Origin: an uncultured Solirubrobacterales bacterium
GTDB lineage: Bacteria; Actinomycetota; Thermoleophilia; Solirubrobacterales; JBBDJG01
Length of the DNA: 64,000 nucleotides
Assembly: GCA_963759145.1 (NCBI GenBank)
Contig: CAVWYB010000035.1
Location: 32,824 to 96,823 of the forward strand
Direction: 5' to 3'
Below the pieces are notes generated by a model. That model was not told the origin of the DNA, did not search any database, and saw nothing but the letters and a program-made list of their open reading frames with translations. This document shows positions 47,884-57,158 of this stretch, one piece after another (the stretch's first letter is position 1; each line of letters opens with the position of its first letter). The position numbers and the translations under genes are program-made.

Positions 47884-48779
47884 CGGACCTCCTCCGCGCG
47901 CGCACGTCGAAGCGCCTCCACGAACGGCATCGGCGCGACGTCGAAGAGCGCCGCGCCGGTCGGATCGGTGACCACCGTGGTGGTCGAGAGCCCTTCGACC
48001 AGCGGCCGCGCGACGCCGGCGTCGACGGGCGTGACGAGTCCGATCCAGAGCGACGAGAGGCGGGGCGACAGCAGGGGCACGGGCAGCTTCGGCCGGCGCC
48101 GCCGGTCCAGCACATCGGCCATGCGATCGAGCATCTCCCCATAGGAGAGGACGTCGGGACCGCCGATCTGGATCTCCCGCCCGGCGGACGCCTCCACGCT
48201 CGCCGCCGCAACAAGATACGCGAGCACGTCGTCGACCGCGATCGGCTGCGTCGGGGTCCCGAGCCAGGCGGGCGCGATCATCGCCGGCAGGCGCTCGACG
48301 AGGTAGCGAAGGGTCCGGTAGGACTCGCTGGCGGCGCCCACCACCATCGCCGCCCGGAAGTAGGTGAGGGGAGGTCCTTCCGCGCGCAGGACCTCGGCGG
48401 TCTCGTGGCGGGAGCGCAGGTGCTTCGAGCCCGGGCGATCGCCGAGGCCGCCCAGGTATACGACGCGCTCGATGCCCTCGTCGCGCGCCATCCGCGCAAA
48501 CGCGCGAGCAGCTTCACGGTCGCGCTCGCCGTAGTCGCGATCCCCGCCCCGGCCCATCGAATGGATCAGGTAGTAGGCGATGTCGACGTCGCGCCCGGCG
48601 CCTGCGAGCGTCTCGGGACGGGTCACGTCCCCTTCGTGGAGCTCTACGCCGCGATGCTCGAGCTCAGCCGCGCGGGCGCGGTCGCGCACCAGTCCCCGGA
48701 CGTCGTAGCCGGCATCCGCAAGCGCAACGGCGAGCTTGCCGCCGATGAATCCGGTCGCGCCTGTCACGAGGGCACGCAT
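47880..48779 (-). CDS. NAD(P)H-binding NmrA/complex-I-NDUFA9-like SDR-family protein, intact (alternative start 48803)
   Basis: MRALVTGATGFIGGKLAVAL. The stop overlaps the GTG start of the GH3 gene (GTGA). Confidence 0.8.
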   Translation of the reverse strand: MRALVTGATGFIGGKLAVALADAGYDVRGLVRDRARAAELEHRGVELHEGDVTRPETLAGAGRDVDIAYYLIHSMGRGGDRDYGERDREAARAFARMARDEGIERVVYLGGLGDRPGSKHLRSRHETAEVLRAEGPPLTYFRAAMVVGAASESYRTLRYLVERLPAMIAPAWLGTPTQPIAVDDVLAYLVAAASVEASAGREIQIGGPDVLSYGEMLDRMADVLDRRRRPKLPVPLLSPRLSSLWIGLVTPVDAGVARPLVEGLSTTTVVTDPTGAALFDVAPMPFVEALRRARAEEVR

Positions 48780-48852
48780 CTGAGGTCCGGCATATAGCAC
48801 CATCTGATGGTTCGGAGCCGGGTCGATTCCGGCTCAGCGCCGGTGCGGGCGG

Positions 48853-49981
48853 CTAGCCCAGGCCGATCGCGGGGGCGCGGAGCCTTGCGACCACGCGCGG
48901 GAGCGGCAGGTGGTGGAGGTGGGGCTGGAAGGCCGCATCGCCGTAACCGCTCAGATGCTCGCGCGCGACGACCTCGACCGCGGCTTCGACCACGCCGGGG
49001 TCGAAGTGGTAGCCGGCGCGCGATACCAGCATGCTCAGAGCCTGCGGATGGGTGAGCTCTGCGGAGTCCGCCGCGGTGACCCGCGCCCAGATGTCGGCCA
49101 CTGCCAGGATCCGGCTCGTGAGCGGGATCAGCTCGCCTATGAGCGCGCCCGGCGTGCCGCCCGGCGCGTCCCAGTGCTCGCGATAGAAGAGCAGCGTCTT
49201 CCTGCACCTCGCTCCAGTGCTCGAACTCACCGGCCTGCAGCTCTCCCTGGACGGCGTGGAAGACCTTTGCGTCGAGGAATGTCGCGGCGTCCTGGAGCAC
49301 CGCCCGGTCCCTTCGCTCGAGGCGCAGGACGTGAGCGATGGCACGCGCATAAAGCGCGACCGCCTTCTGGTAGGGCAGCTCGCGCACCGGTCGCGGCCGC
49401 AGCAGCACCGGCAGCACGGCTTGCGGGATCACCACGATCACCGAGAACAGCACGAGCGCGAACACACCGATGTGCTCGAAGAGGAACGCCGTCGTGACTC
49501 CGACGGCGATCATCAGCAGCGTCGCGGGCGCGGGGCGGATGAGCTCTTCGCGCACGATCGCGCGCATCGGCTCCCCGTTGAGGATCACGCCGATGATGGC
49601 CCGTGCGATGGCGAAGTTGACGCACAGCATCGCGATACCCGCGAGCGCGAGCGCAGCGTATGAGGAGCCGAGCAGGTGCAGCACGAATGCACCGGCGAGC
49701 ACCGCCCATCCGTAGGAGGCGATGTTCGCCACGTGGGCCTCGATCGTCCTCCTGCTGAGCACGAAGTACACGGCCTCCGTCGCGAGCCAGATGCAGGCCG
49801 CGGGCAGTGGGCCGAGGAAGTCGAGCGCCAGCAGCACCGCCACGAAGCATGCGTCGAGGAACAGGGCCGGCTTGATCGCGACGAGGCCCCAAAGGCTTAC
49901 GAGCGCGATCGCCGTCAGCGCGACCAGCAGCACAGGGTCGCCCCACCGCTCCGCGCCGGGGGCGAGCGCGAATGCGGGCAC
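48853..49981 (-). CDS. polytopic membrane protein with a C-terminal degenerate HD-GYP-like domain, one frameshift ~49200
   Basis: 7-8 TM N-region. The C-terminus YREHWDAPGGTPGALIGELIPLTSRILAVADIWARV...GYHFDPGVVEAAVEVV aligns to HHERWDGSGYP...IPLEARILAVAD...FDP, but without the HHE/GYP residues. Confidence 0.6.
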
Positions 49982-50190
49982 CAGGGCCGCAATTGCAAGG
50001 ACCGCGACCCAGCGCGCGAGGAGCGTGCGGCCGGCATCGCCGGCAGCTGGTGGCGTGGGGACCTGGATAGGCGCTTCCGTGGCTGAAACAGACTTCGGAG
50101 GAAACGGTACGCGCGGTCGCGCCGGCGCGCAACCAACGTTCGTCCAGATGCCGTTTAGGCTGACGCCCCCGGCAGAAGGAGAGGAGAACC

Positions 50191-51084
50191 ATGAGCTACG
50201 AGACGTTGCTCTATGACACAGACGGCGCGATCGCCACGATCACGTTGAACCGGCCCGACCGCCTGAACACGATCGTCCCCCCGATGCCCGACGAGCTCGA
50301 GGCGGCGATCGACGGCGCGGTCGCCGATGGAGACGTGAAGGTGATCGTGCTGCGTGGAGCCGGCCGCGCCTTCTGCGCGGGATTCGACCTCGGCGGCGGC
50401 TTCCACCACTGGGACGAGGGCCTGACGACCGACGGGAAGTGGGACCCGGGCAAGGACTTCGTGATGGCGACCTCGCCGACCTTCGGGCCCGTCCCCAAGT
50501 TCATGAGCATCTGGCGCTCGCCCAAGCCGGTGATCGCGCAGGTCCACGGCTGGTGCGTCGGGGGTGGCAGCGACATGGCGCTCTGCGCCGATCTCGTGAT
50601 CGCCTCCGAAGACGCCCGGATCGGCACGCCCTACTCGCGGATGTGGGGGTGCTACCTCACCGGCATGTGGATCTACCGCCTCGGCCTGACACGCGCGAAG
50701 GAGTACGCGCTGACCGGCAAGCCGCTGTCGGGCCGCGAGGCGGTCGAGGCCGGCCTGATCAACGATGCCGTGCCGTTCGACCGGCTGGAGTCGGAGGTCC
50801 GCGCCGCCGCCGAGCGCCTCGCGAGCGTGCCGCTCTCGCAGCTGGCCGCGATGAAGCTGGTCGTGAACCAGGCGTACGACAACATGGGCCTGGCCTCCAC
50901 GCAGAAGCTCGGCCCGATCCTCGACGGCTTGATGCGAAACACCCCGGACGCGCTGCGCTGGATCGAGGTTGCCGAGCGCGAGGGAGTGTCGGCAGTCGCG
51001 GCTGAGCGCGACCGGCTGTTCGCCGACTACAGCGCCGGGCCTGCCGAGGAGCAGCCCGACCCGGAGCACGTGATCGAGCCGTGA
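50191..51084 (+). CDS. enoyl-CoA hydratase/isomerase (crotonase) family protein, intact
   Basis: IATITLNRPDRLN, VIVLRGAGRAFCAGFDL and AQVHGWCVGGGSDMALCADLVIAS. Confidence 0.85.
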   Translation: MSYETLLYDTDGAIATITLNRPDRLNTIVPPMPDELEAAIDGAVADGDVKVIVLRGAGRAFCAGFDLGGGFHHWDEGLTTDGKWDPGKDFVMATSPTFGPVPKFMSIWRSPKPVIAQVHGWCVGGGSDMALCADLVIASEDARIGTPYSRMWGCYLTGMWIYRLGLTRAKEYALTGKPLSGREAVEAGLINDAVPFDRLESEVRAAAERLASVPLSQLAAMKLVVNQAYDNMGLASTQKLGPILDGLMRNTPDALRWIEVAEREGVSAVAAERDRLFADYSAGPAEEQPDPEHVIEP

Positions 51085-51099
51085 ACAATCGGCGTGGCT

Positions 51100-51545
51100 A
51101 GCGCGCCGCGGCCCGAGCGCTGATCGAACGGCGATCCCGACATGAAGAAGAACCAGAACTCGAACACCACGACTGCACCGATCACGACCAGGACGAGGAC
51201 GCGCTCGGGCTGCGGTGACGCGCGGAGCCTCGTCCGGGTACACCGGGCGCTCGCCGCGCATGCTGCGCAGCCACGGCGTGTGCGCCCGGACGTTGGGGGC
51301 CTGTCCGCTGCTCTTGTTGTAGGCCCGCTGCAGCACCGCGATCAGGCCGGACCAGGGTGAGGCTCAAGGTGAGCAGCACGATCACGAGGACCAACAGGGC
51401 GGTCATGGTCAGCGGGCCACTCCCCTGGGCATGCGACCCGACCCACAGCGCGAACAGCGGCCCGCCGGTCCAGAGGTTCAGGGACGGCGAGCCCGATCAG
51501 CGAGAGGAGAGCGACGCGCCACAGCTTCTCACGGACCTGGTCCAA
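51100..51545 (-). CDS. hypothetical membrane protein (3 TM), frameshifted; 3' end uncertain
   Basis: GGCGGAGG RBS plus TTG 51545. Pieces LWRVALLSLIGLAV / LNLWTGGPLFALWVGSHAQGSGPLTMTALLVLVIVLLTLSLTLV / SGLIAVLQRAYNKSSGQAPNVRAHTPWLRSMRGERPVY / VLVLVVIGAVVVVFEFWFFFM. Divergent from the TetR gene. Confidence 0.45.
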
Positions 51546-51559
51546 CGAACCTCCGCCCT

Positions 51560-51599
51560 CTCGGATACAGTACGTATTTAAATACATTATGAATCCGAG
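51560..51599. promoter_or_regulatory. AT-rich palindromic operator/promoter region between the TetR gene and the divergent membrane-protein gene
   Basis: CTCGGAT...ATCCGAG outer arms enclose the perfect 12-bp palindrome GTATTTAAATAC (51574..51585). Confidence 0.55.
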
Positions 51600-52261
51600 A
51601 TGTCAAGAGCGGGCCCAAGGGAAGGCCGCGCCGGCAACCACGGCGCACGCGGGCCGAGAAGCAGGCAGAGACGCGCCGCTGCTCCTCGAGGCAGCCGAGG
51701 AGCGTCTTTCGCCGCCGCGGATTCGCGAGCGCGACGGTGGAGGAGATCACGGAGCGCGCCGGCTTCAGCCGCGGCGCCTTCTACTCGAACTTCGAAAGCC
51801 GCGAGCAGCTCTTCATCGAGCTGCTGCACAAGCGCGTCTACGACGAGTTCACCCGCATGCTGCAGCGGACCCCGCGCAAGAAGACGGCACGCGCACAGAT
51901 GAAGTCGACGGCGCGCGAATTCGCTGCGCGCTACGAGCACGGCGAGCGCTGGCTCTTCGAGCTGTGGCTCGAATGCCTGGCCTATGCGGCGCGGCACCCG
52001 GAGTTCGCATCCCTGCCGGCGACCTTCTGGCGTGGCAACCGCGCCCTGACCGCGCAGCAGATCGACGCCACCTACGGCCAGGTGGGACAGCGGCCGCCGA
52101 TCGAGTCGAAGCACCTCGCGACCGCCTTGACCGCCCTCGACATCGGCCTCGCGATCCAGAACCTGGTGGACCCGGAAGAGGTCCCGCTGGACCTCTATCC
52201 GAAGCTCTACGACCTGCTCTTCGGCCCCCTGCTTCCCGAGGACGCGCCCGCGGTTAGGTAG
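51600..52261 (+). CDS. TetR/AcrR family transcriptional regulator, frameshifts ~51690 and ~51725
   Basis: HTH region FASATVEEITERAGFSRGAFYSNFESREQLF. The N-terminal basic leader lies in other frames. Confidence 0.8.
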
Positions 52262-52293
52262 CGGGAAGCCGTGCCTATACTTGGCGCCTCAGC

Positions 52294-52367
52294 GCCGACG
52301 TAGCTCAGCTGGCCAGAGCACTTCACTCGTAATGAAGGGGTCCCCGGTTCGAATCCGGGCGTCGGCT
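52294..52367 (+). tRNA. tRNA-Thr (anticodon CGT)
   Basis: Manual cloverleaf: GCCGACG-TA-GCTC-AGCTGGCCA-GAGC-A-CTTCA-CTCGTAA-TGAAG-GGGTC-CCCGG-TTCGAAT-CCGGG-CGTCGGC-T. 74 nt, no encoded CCA. Confidence 0.9.
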
Positions 52368-52368
52368 T
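52322..52368 (+). repeat. copy 1 of a 47-bp direct repeat (att-like core) inside tRNA-Thr
   Basis: ttcactcgtaatgaaggggtccccggttcgaatccgggcgtcggctt is identical at 56748..56794 and 63229..63275. Confidence 0.9.
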
Positions 52369-52752
52369 GACGAGAAAGCGCTTGGCGAAGCCGTTTGCGG
52401 CAATGCTTCTCCCCTTTGCTCGCTTCTCGATCCGGCGGTGGGCAATGGATTGGGCAAGGCGCTACCGGCTTCGGGGTGCCGCCAGTTCCATGGGCACCCG
52501 AGCTTCGCTTTGATGTCGTACCGAGTGGCGAGCCAGTCGTCGCGTGTCGGCGGTGGAAGCGCGCCCAACGCGGACGGGCTGTTGTCGGGCCGCGGAACGC
52601 GGTTAGCCCTGCCGACACGCATTCGCTCTCACCGGATGTGCTCAGGCACCCACCAGCCTTAGCGCACACGCGGGTCCTTCCCGGATCGGAGTAGGTCGAG
52701 CGGAAGCAGCCGCTGGTGCGGTCGTCCCGGCCTGGGTGTGGGGTCGGGTCGC

Positions 52753-52782
52753 TTGACATCCGCGGCGAGGTCGCATTAGTGT
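52753..52782 (+). promoter_or_regulatory. sigma-70-like promoter candidate (TTGACA-N18-TAGTGT)
   Basis: Consensus -35 hexamer at 52753..52758 and TAnnnT at 52777..52782, about 300 nt upstream of the epoxide hydrolase ATG. Confidence 0.3.
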
Positions 52783-53084
52783 CGCGATGCACGGCCGCAA
52801 CAAGTAGGACCAGGGCAGGCCCGCTGATTTGCGGGGGCCAATGCAGTCAGAGACCGCAGGCAGGTCGGGCGTAGTTCGGCCCGTAGGCCGGGCTCACAGT
52901 GCGCACGCCAACGGCATGGCTCAGTCTGTGCCGGGCTCGGCGCTGTGGCGCCTGCGGCACCTGGCATCAGACGTTCGCTTGCGACAAAGCCTTCGCGGGC
53001 CGCTCGATCCGGGCGGCGTTGCAGACAGACGCTCAGGCTCCGTGCCGTCACCAAACCACCGTCCCCTAACCAAGGAGGACCCAC

Positions 53085-54293
53085 ATGGCTGTCAAGACTG
53101 AAAAGTCAGCGGACGCCACAGCGATCCGGCCGTTCACAATCGACATCCCCGAGGCGGACCTCGAGGACCTGCGCGCGCGCATCGCGGCCACGCGCTGGCC
53201 CGAGAAGGAGACCGTCGACGATGACTCGCAGGGCGTGCAGCTGGCGACGATGCAGGCGCTCGCGCGCTATTGGGTCGACGAGTACGACTGGCGCAAGTGC
53301 GAGGCCAAGCTCAACTCGGTGCCCAACTTCATCACCGAGATCGACGGGCTCGACATCCACTTCGTCCACGTTCGCTCCAAGCACGAGGACGCGCTGCCGG
53401 CCGTCATCTGCCACGGATGGCCCGGTTCGGTCATCGAGCAGTTGAAGATCGTCGACCTGCTCACCGACCCCACCGCGCATGGCGGTAGTGCGTCGGACGC
53501 CTTCCACGTGGTGATCCCCAACATGCCGGGCTACGGGTTCTCGGGCAAGCCGACGACGACCGGCTGGGGCCCGGAGCGCATCGGGCGCGCCTGGGTCGAG
53601 CTGATGAAGCGCCTCGGCTACACGCAGTTCGTGGCGACAGGCGGCGACTGGGGCGGGATCGTCGTCGATCTGATGGCCGCTGAGCCGGCGCCGCCGGAGC
53701 TGCTCGGGATCCACAGCACCTTCGCCGGGGTGGTTCCGCCCGCCATGGACAAGGCGATCCCGACCGGCGCCCCGCCGCCGTCGGATCTCTCAGACGACGA
53801 ACGACGCACGTACGAGATGTTGGCGGGCGCCTACGGGTACGCGGGCCAGGCCGAGATGGCGTGGCACCCGCAGTCGCTGTTCGGACTGGCTGACTCACCC
53901 GTCGCCCTGGCGGCCTGGCTGATCGACCACGACCCGGTCAGCTACAAGACACTGATCGCCCCCGCCTTCGTCGACGGGCGCGAGGGAGGCCTGACGCGTG
54001 ACGACATCCTCGACAACATCACCCTGTTCTGGTTGACGAACACCGGCGTTTCCGCGGGGCGCATCTACTGGGAATTCAAGGGCAGCTGGGCCGGTGTCAG
54101 GAACGTCTCCGTTCCAGTTGCCGTGAGCAACTTCCCCGACGATGTCATCTACTCCGCGCGGAGCTGGGCGGAGGAGGCGTACCCCAACCTCGTGCACTTC
54201 AACGACGTCGACCGCGGCGGGCACTTCGCCGCCTGGGAGCAGCCGGAGCTGTACACCTCCGAGCTCCGCACGGGGTTGCGGTCGCTTCGCTAG
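53085..54293 (+). CDS. epoxide hydrolase (microsomal-type, with N-terminal EHN domain), intact
   Basis: IRPFTIDIPEADLEDLRARIAATRWPE, ITEIDGLDIHFVHVRS, HGWPGS and ATGGDWGG. Confidence 0.9.
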   Translation: MAVKTEKSADATAIRPFTIDIPEADLEDLRARIAATRWPEKETVDDDSQGVQLATMQALARYWVDEYDWRKCEAKLNSVPNFITEIDGLDIHFVHVRSKHEDALPAVICHGWPGSVIEQLKIVDLLTDPTAHGGSASDAFHVVIPNMPGYGFSGKPTTTGWGPERIGRAWVELMKRLGYTQFVATGGDWGGIVVDLMAAEPAPPELLGIHSTFAGVVPPAMDKAIPTGAPPPSDLSDDERRTYEMLAGAYGYAGQAEMAWHPQSLFGLADSPVALAAWLIDHDPVSYKTLIAPAFVDGREGGLTRDDILDNITLFWLTNTGVSAGRIYWEFKGSWAGVRNVSVPVAVSNFPDDVIYSARSWAEEAYPNLVHFNDVDRGGHFAAWEQPELYTSELRTGLRSLR

Positions 54294-55205
54294 ATGTCCG
54301 TATTTGCACGTGCGCGCATTCCCTCGCTCGGTGGGGCGACCGAGTGGCTCAACTCAGAGCCACTCGGCCCCGCCGAGCTGCGTGGACACACAGTTCTCGT
54401 GAACTTCTGGACGCTGACGTGCATCAACTGGCTGCGCCAGGAGCCGTTCGTTCGCGCGTGGTCGCAGGCCTACCGAGACGACGGGTTGGTCGTGATCGGA
54501 GTGCACACGCCGGAGTTCTCGTTCGAGCACGAGGTCGACGGCGTGCGGCGGGCGACGCAGGAGCGAGAGATCGACTACCCGGTCGTGGTCGACAACGACT
54601 ACGAAATCTGGAGCGCCTTCGACAACAACTACTGGCCGGCGCTCTACTTCGTCGACGCGGACGGCGTGATCCGCGACCACCACTTCGGCGAAGGACGCTA
54701 CGAGCAATCGGAGCGCGTCATCCAGCGGCTGCTCGACCTCGAGCGCGAGCTCGTCGCCGTCGAAGGAGTCGGCGTGGAGGCCGAGGCCGACTGGGACCAC
54801 CTGCGGACGCCCGAGACGTATCTCGGCTACGGGCGCGGCGATCGGCCCGCGTCACGGGACGGCCTGGGGTTGAACCAGTGGGCGCTCGCCGGCGAGTGGA
54901 CGACCAGCCCCGAGAATGTCGTGCTCGACCATGCCAGCGGGAGCATCGCCTACCGGTTCCACGCGCGCGACGCGCATCTCGTGCTGTCTCCGGGAACGCG
55001 AGAGCCGATTCCCTTCCGGGTGCTGCTCGACGGCGAGGCTCCGGGCCCGTCACACGGCGTGGACGTCGACGAGGACGGGAACGGCTTGCTCCGGGAGGGC
55101 CGCCTCTACCAGCTCGTGCGCGAGCACGACGCGGTCCGCGAGCGGACGCTGGAGATCACGTTCCTCGAGCCGGGCGCCGAGGCGTACGTGTTCACGTTCG
55201 GGTAG
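54294..55205 (+). CDS. redoxin/thioredoxin-like protein related to the DipZ C-terminal domain, intact
   Basis: VLVNFWTLTCINWLRQEPFV...GVHTPEFSFEH..., YWPALYFVDADGVIR, plus a C-terminal beta-rich domain. The ATG directly abuts the preceding stop. Confidence 0.75.
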   Translation: MSVFARARIPSLGGATEWLNSEPLGPAELRGHTVLVNFWTLTCINWLRQEPFVRAWSQAYRDDGLVVIGVHTPEFSFEHEVDGVRRATQEREIDYPVVVDNDYEIWSAFDNNYWPALYFVDADGVIRDHHFGEGRYEQSERVIQRLLDLERELVAVEGVGVEAEADWDHLRTPETYLGYGRGDRPASRDGLGLNQWALAGEWTTSPENVVLDHASGSIAYRFHARDAHLVLSPGTREPIPFRVLLDGEAPGPSHGVDVDEDGNGLLREGRLYQLVREHDAVRERTLEITFLEPGAEAYVFTFG

Positions 55206-55390
55206 GAAATGGCCTCTGCGCCGTCCAGGAGACCAGGGAGTAAACCAGGGCCTCCACGGGCGCGACAGCCAGACGAGACGACCAGGCTTGGCGTCGCCCA
55301 AACCAAACGCCGCCAAGCGTTGTCGCGTCGCCGCGAGTCGCCGCTGCCTCGGCAGCTACCTGACAGCTCTGTATCGAACGAGGAGGCCTC

Positions 55391-55642
55391 ATGCCTGACA
55401 TACAAGGAGCCACGCAAGACGGTCCCCGGGATGCTCGGATCGTCGAGGAGCACCACGTCACCGGTCCGCACGGTGAAGACGAGATCGAAGGCATCGACGA
55501 TCGCGGACGGCGGTGGTACCACCTCCGGCCGGAGCCTCCCCGCCGCACCGATTTCATGGGCTTCAACTCCACGTGGTGGATGGCGGTGGGCTGGGTCCTC
55601 GTGATTCTCGTCCTTCTCTTCCCATTCCCTTGGTGGTGGTAA
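55391..55642 (+). CDS. hypothetical small protein with a C-terminal TM segment
   Basis: AGGAGG RBS. 83 aa ending WWMAVGWVLVILVLLFPFPWWW. Confidence 0.5.
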   Translation: MPDIQGATQDGPRDARIVEEHHVTGPHGEDEIEGIDDRGRRWYHLRPEPPRRTDFMGFNSTWWMAVGWVLVILVLLFPFPWWW

Positions 55643-55664
55643 CGGAAAGGATGAAGTTGACCTC

Positions 55665-56300
55665 ATGACGGACGCGCTGACGTCGTCACAGCGAGTCGGC
55701 GAGGACGGGCAAACAGCCGAGCGCCTGAGCGATCAACTCGAGCGGTGGTTGGGCGAGGGTCAGCAGCAAACGCTCGGCAGCTTGAACGACCTGTTCGGGA
55801 GCAAGGCGTTTGCGGTCTTCTTCATCGTCTTGATGGCGCCGTCCGCGCTTCCCCTCCCGACGGGCGGAGTGACGAATGTGCTCGAGCTCGTGGCGATGTT
55901 GCTTGCCCTCGAGCTGATCGTCGGTAGGCGCACGGTATGGCTACCCGAGCGCTGGAAGCGTTTGGACCTTGGGGGACCCAGGAGAGAACGGTTTGCGAGT
56001 GCGCTGGTGCGACGGGTCCGCTGGGTCGAGCGGTTCTCGCACCCGCACTTGCGCTTCCTTTTCGGCCACCGCCTTACCGGCGTGGTCGTCGGGATACTGG
56101 TACTGGCACTTACGCTCGCGGCGTTTGTGGCGCCGCCGTTCTCCGGCTTGGACACCTTGCCCTCCCTCGGGATTGTCCTTCTCGCGTTCGGCGTGCTGTT
56201 CGAGAACTTCTACCTGGCCATCGCCGGTCTCGTGATCGGAGCCCTGGGGACGTTGCTCGTAATCGTCCTCGGACGCCAGGCGATTGAGCTGGTTCTGTAG
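55665..56300 (+). CDS. exopolysaccharide biosynthesis protein ExoD family, intact
   Basis: 211 aa. LGSLNDLFGSKAFAVFFIVLMAPSALPLPTGGVTNVLELVAMLLALELIVGRRTVWLPERW is the ExoD pattern. Confidence 0.8.
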   Translation: MTDALTSSQRVGEDGQTAERLSDQLERWLGEGQQQTLGSLNDLFGSKAFAVFFIVLMAPSALPLPTGGVTNVLELVAMLLALELIVGRRTVWLPERWKRLDLGGPRRERFASALVRRVRWVERFSHPHLRFLFGHRLTGVVVGILVLALTLAAFVAPPFSGLDTLPSLGIVLLAFGVLFENFYLAIAGLVIGALGTLLVIVLGRQAIELVL

Positions 56301-56588
56301 ATGCCCGTACGCGCTCCTATATCTACGCGCACGGGCTGAACGAGACGGCTTTGACTTCGTCGTTCTCTGTGGCGAGGGTCATGTGATGCACGAGCTGACG
56401 CTGACTGGGCTTGACGAACTCCTTCCCGTAGTCAATCCCTCAGCGGTGCTTCCAGAGACGATTAGTGCCCCGTCGTCTGGAAGCGCCTCGAGAAGGCTGG
56501 GCACGCCGAGCGGATAGGGAAGCGCAGCTACCACGTCATCAGCGTCGTCCCGAAGGCCGCGATGGCGGCCGCCCGCGCTCGTTGACGG

Positions 56589-56794
56589 GGTTGCGCAGGG
56601 TTCGATACTCCTGCATTCCTGACCTTCGGCTCTCGTGGGCCGTATATGGGCCGTACGGATTTGACCAACGCAGTCATATCGGGTCCGCCTGGGGCAGATG
56701 GATCGGGTCTGGACTGCCCCCGGAAGGACTCAACTGGACAGACTCGTTTCACTCGTAATGAAGGGGTCCCCGGTTCGAATCCGGGCGTCGGCTT
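56589..56794 (+). repeat. copy 2 of the 47-bp core (56748..56794) preceded by a ~160-nt conserved non-coding arm
   Basis: GGTTGCGCAGGGTTCGATACT...TCGTGGGCCGTATATGGGCCGTACGGATTTGACCAACGCAGTCAT...GGACAGACTCGT is homologous (about three quarters identical by eye, with small gaps) to 63074..63228. Confidence 0.85.
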
Positions 56795-56799
56795 ACTCC

Positions 56800-57158
56800 G
56801 TTGTGGCATGCGTGCCGCCGGGCGATAGCGCTGGCAGTAATTGTGCGCACACAGGTAGGAGCCACCCGTCATCACCTTCCGTGGGATTGGGACGTTGGGC
56901 AACAGTGGATCATGACTTTGCTCCCGCGGCCTTCATGGCCGACCGCTACGCGAGCTTCCGGGCCGCATCGGTCCCGTTCGATTCCGAGCACTGGGCGGAG
57001 ATGCCGGTAGGCGACGGGTAGCAAGCGGAGCCTGTCAAGTCCGACGAGCCTGCACTCAACCGGTCCATCACCGGGTCCCACACACGGCGGTCAGCGCCCA
57101 GCGCGTCGAGCAGGATGAGCGGCGGGCCCGCTCCACGGCTGTCGAAGGCGAGTTGCAC
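56800..57158 (-). pseudogene. 5' fragment of an alpha/beta-hydrolase gene, frameshifted and truncated at the repeat
   Basis: MQLAFDSRGAGPPLILLDALGADRRVWDPVMDRL is a typical alpha/beta-hydrolase N-terminus. Downstream frames decay (VAVGHEGRG in place of a GHSxGG elbow) and the gene ends at the 47-bp copy. Confidence 0.45.

Larger units (their letters stand above)
52369..56794 (+). mobile_element. putative integrated segment 1 (island remnant) bounded by tRNA-Thr and the second 47-bp copy; no integrase seen
   Basis: Bounded by direct repeats of the tRNA 3' part. It has a 717-bp non-coding left end. Cargo is an epoxide hydrolase, a DipZ-like redoxin, a small membrane protein and ExoD. Confidence 0.5.

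Noticed and set aside
56589-56794. Possibility that the conserved arm plus tRNA-like 3' end is a tmRNA (ssrA) or a split or permuted tRNA
   Set aside because: No 5' acceptor strand complementary to CGTCGGC is shared by both copies. There is no tag-peptide reading frame ending in a typical ...ALAA-stop. The 3' part is identical to tRNA-Thr rather than alanine-type, and there are two copies in tandem. An att-type origin fits better.
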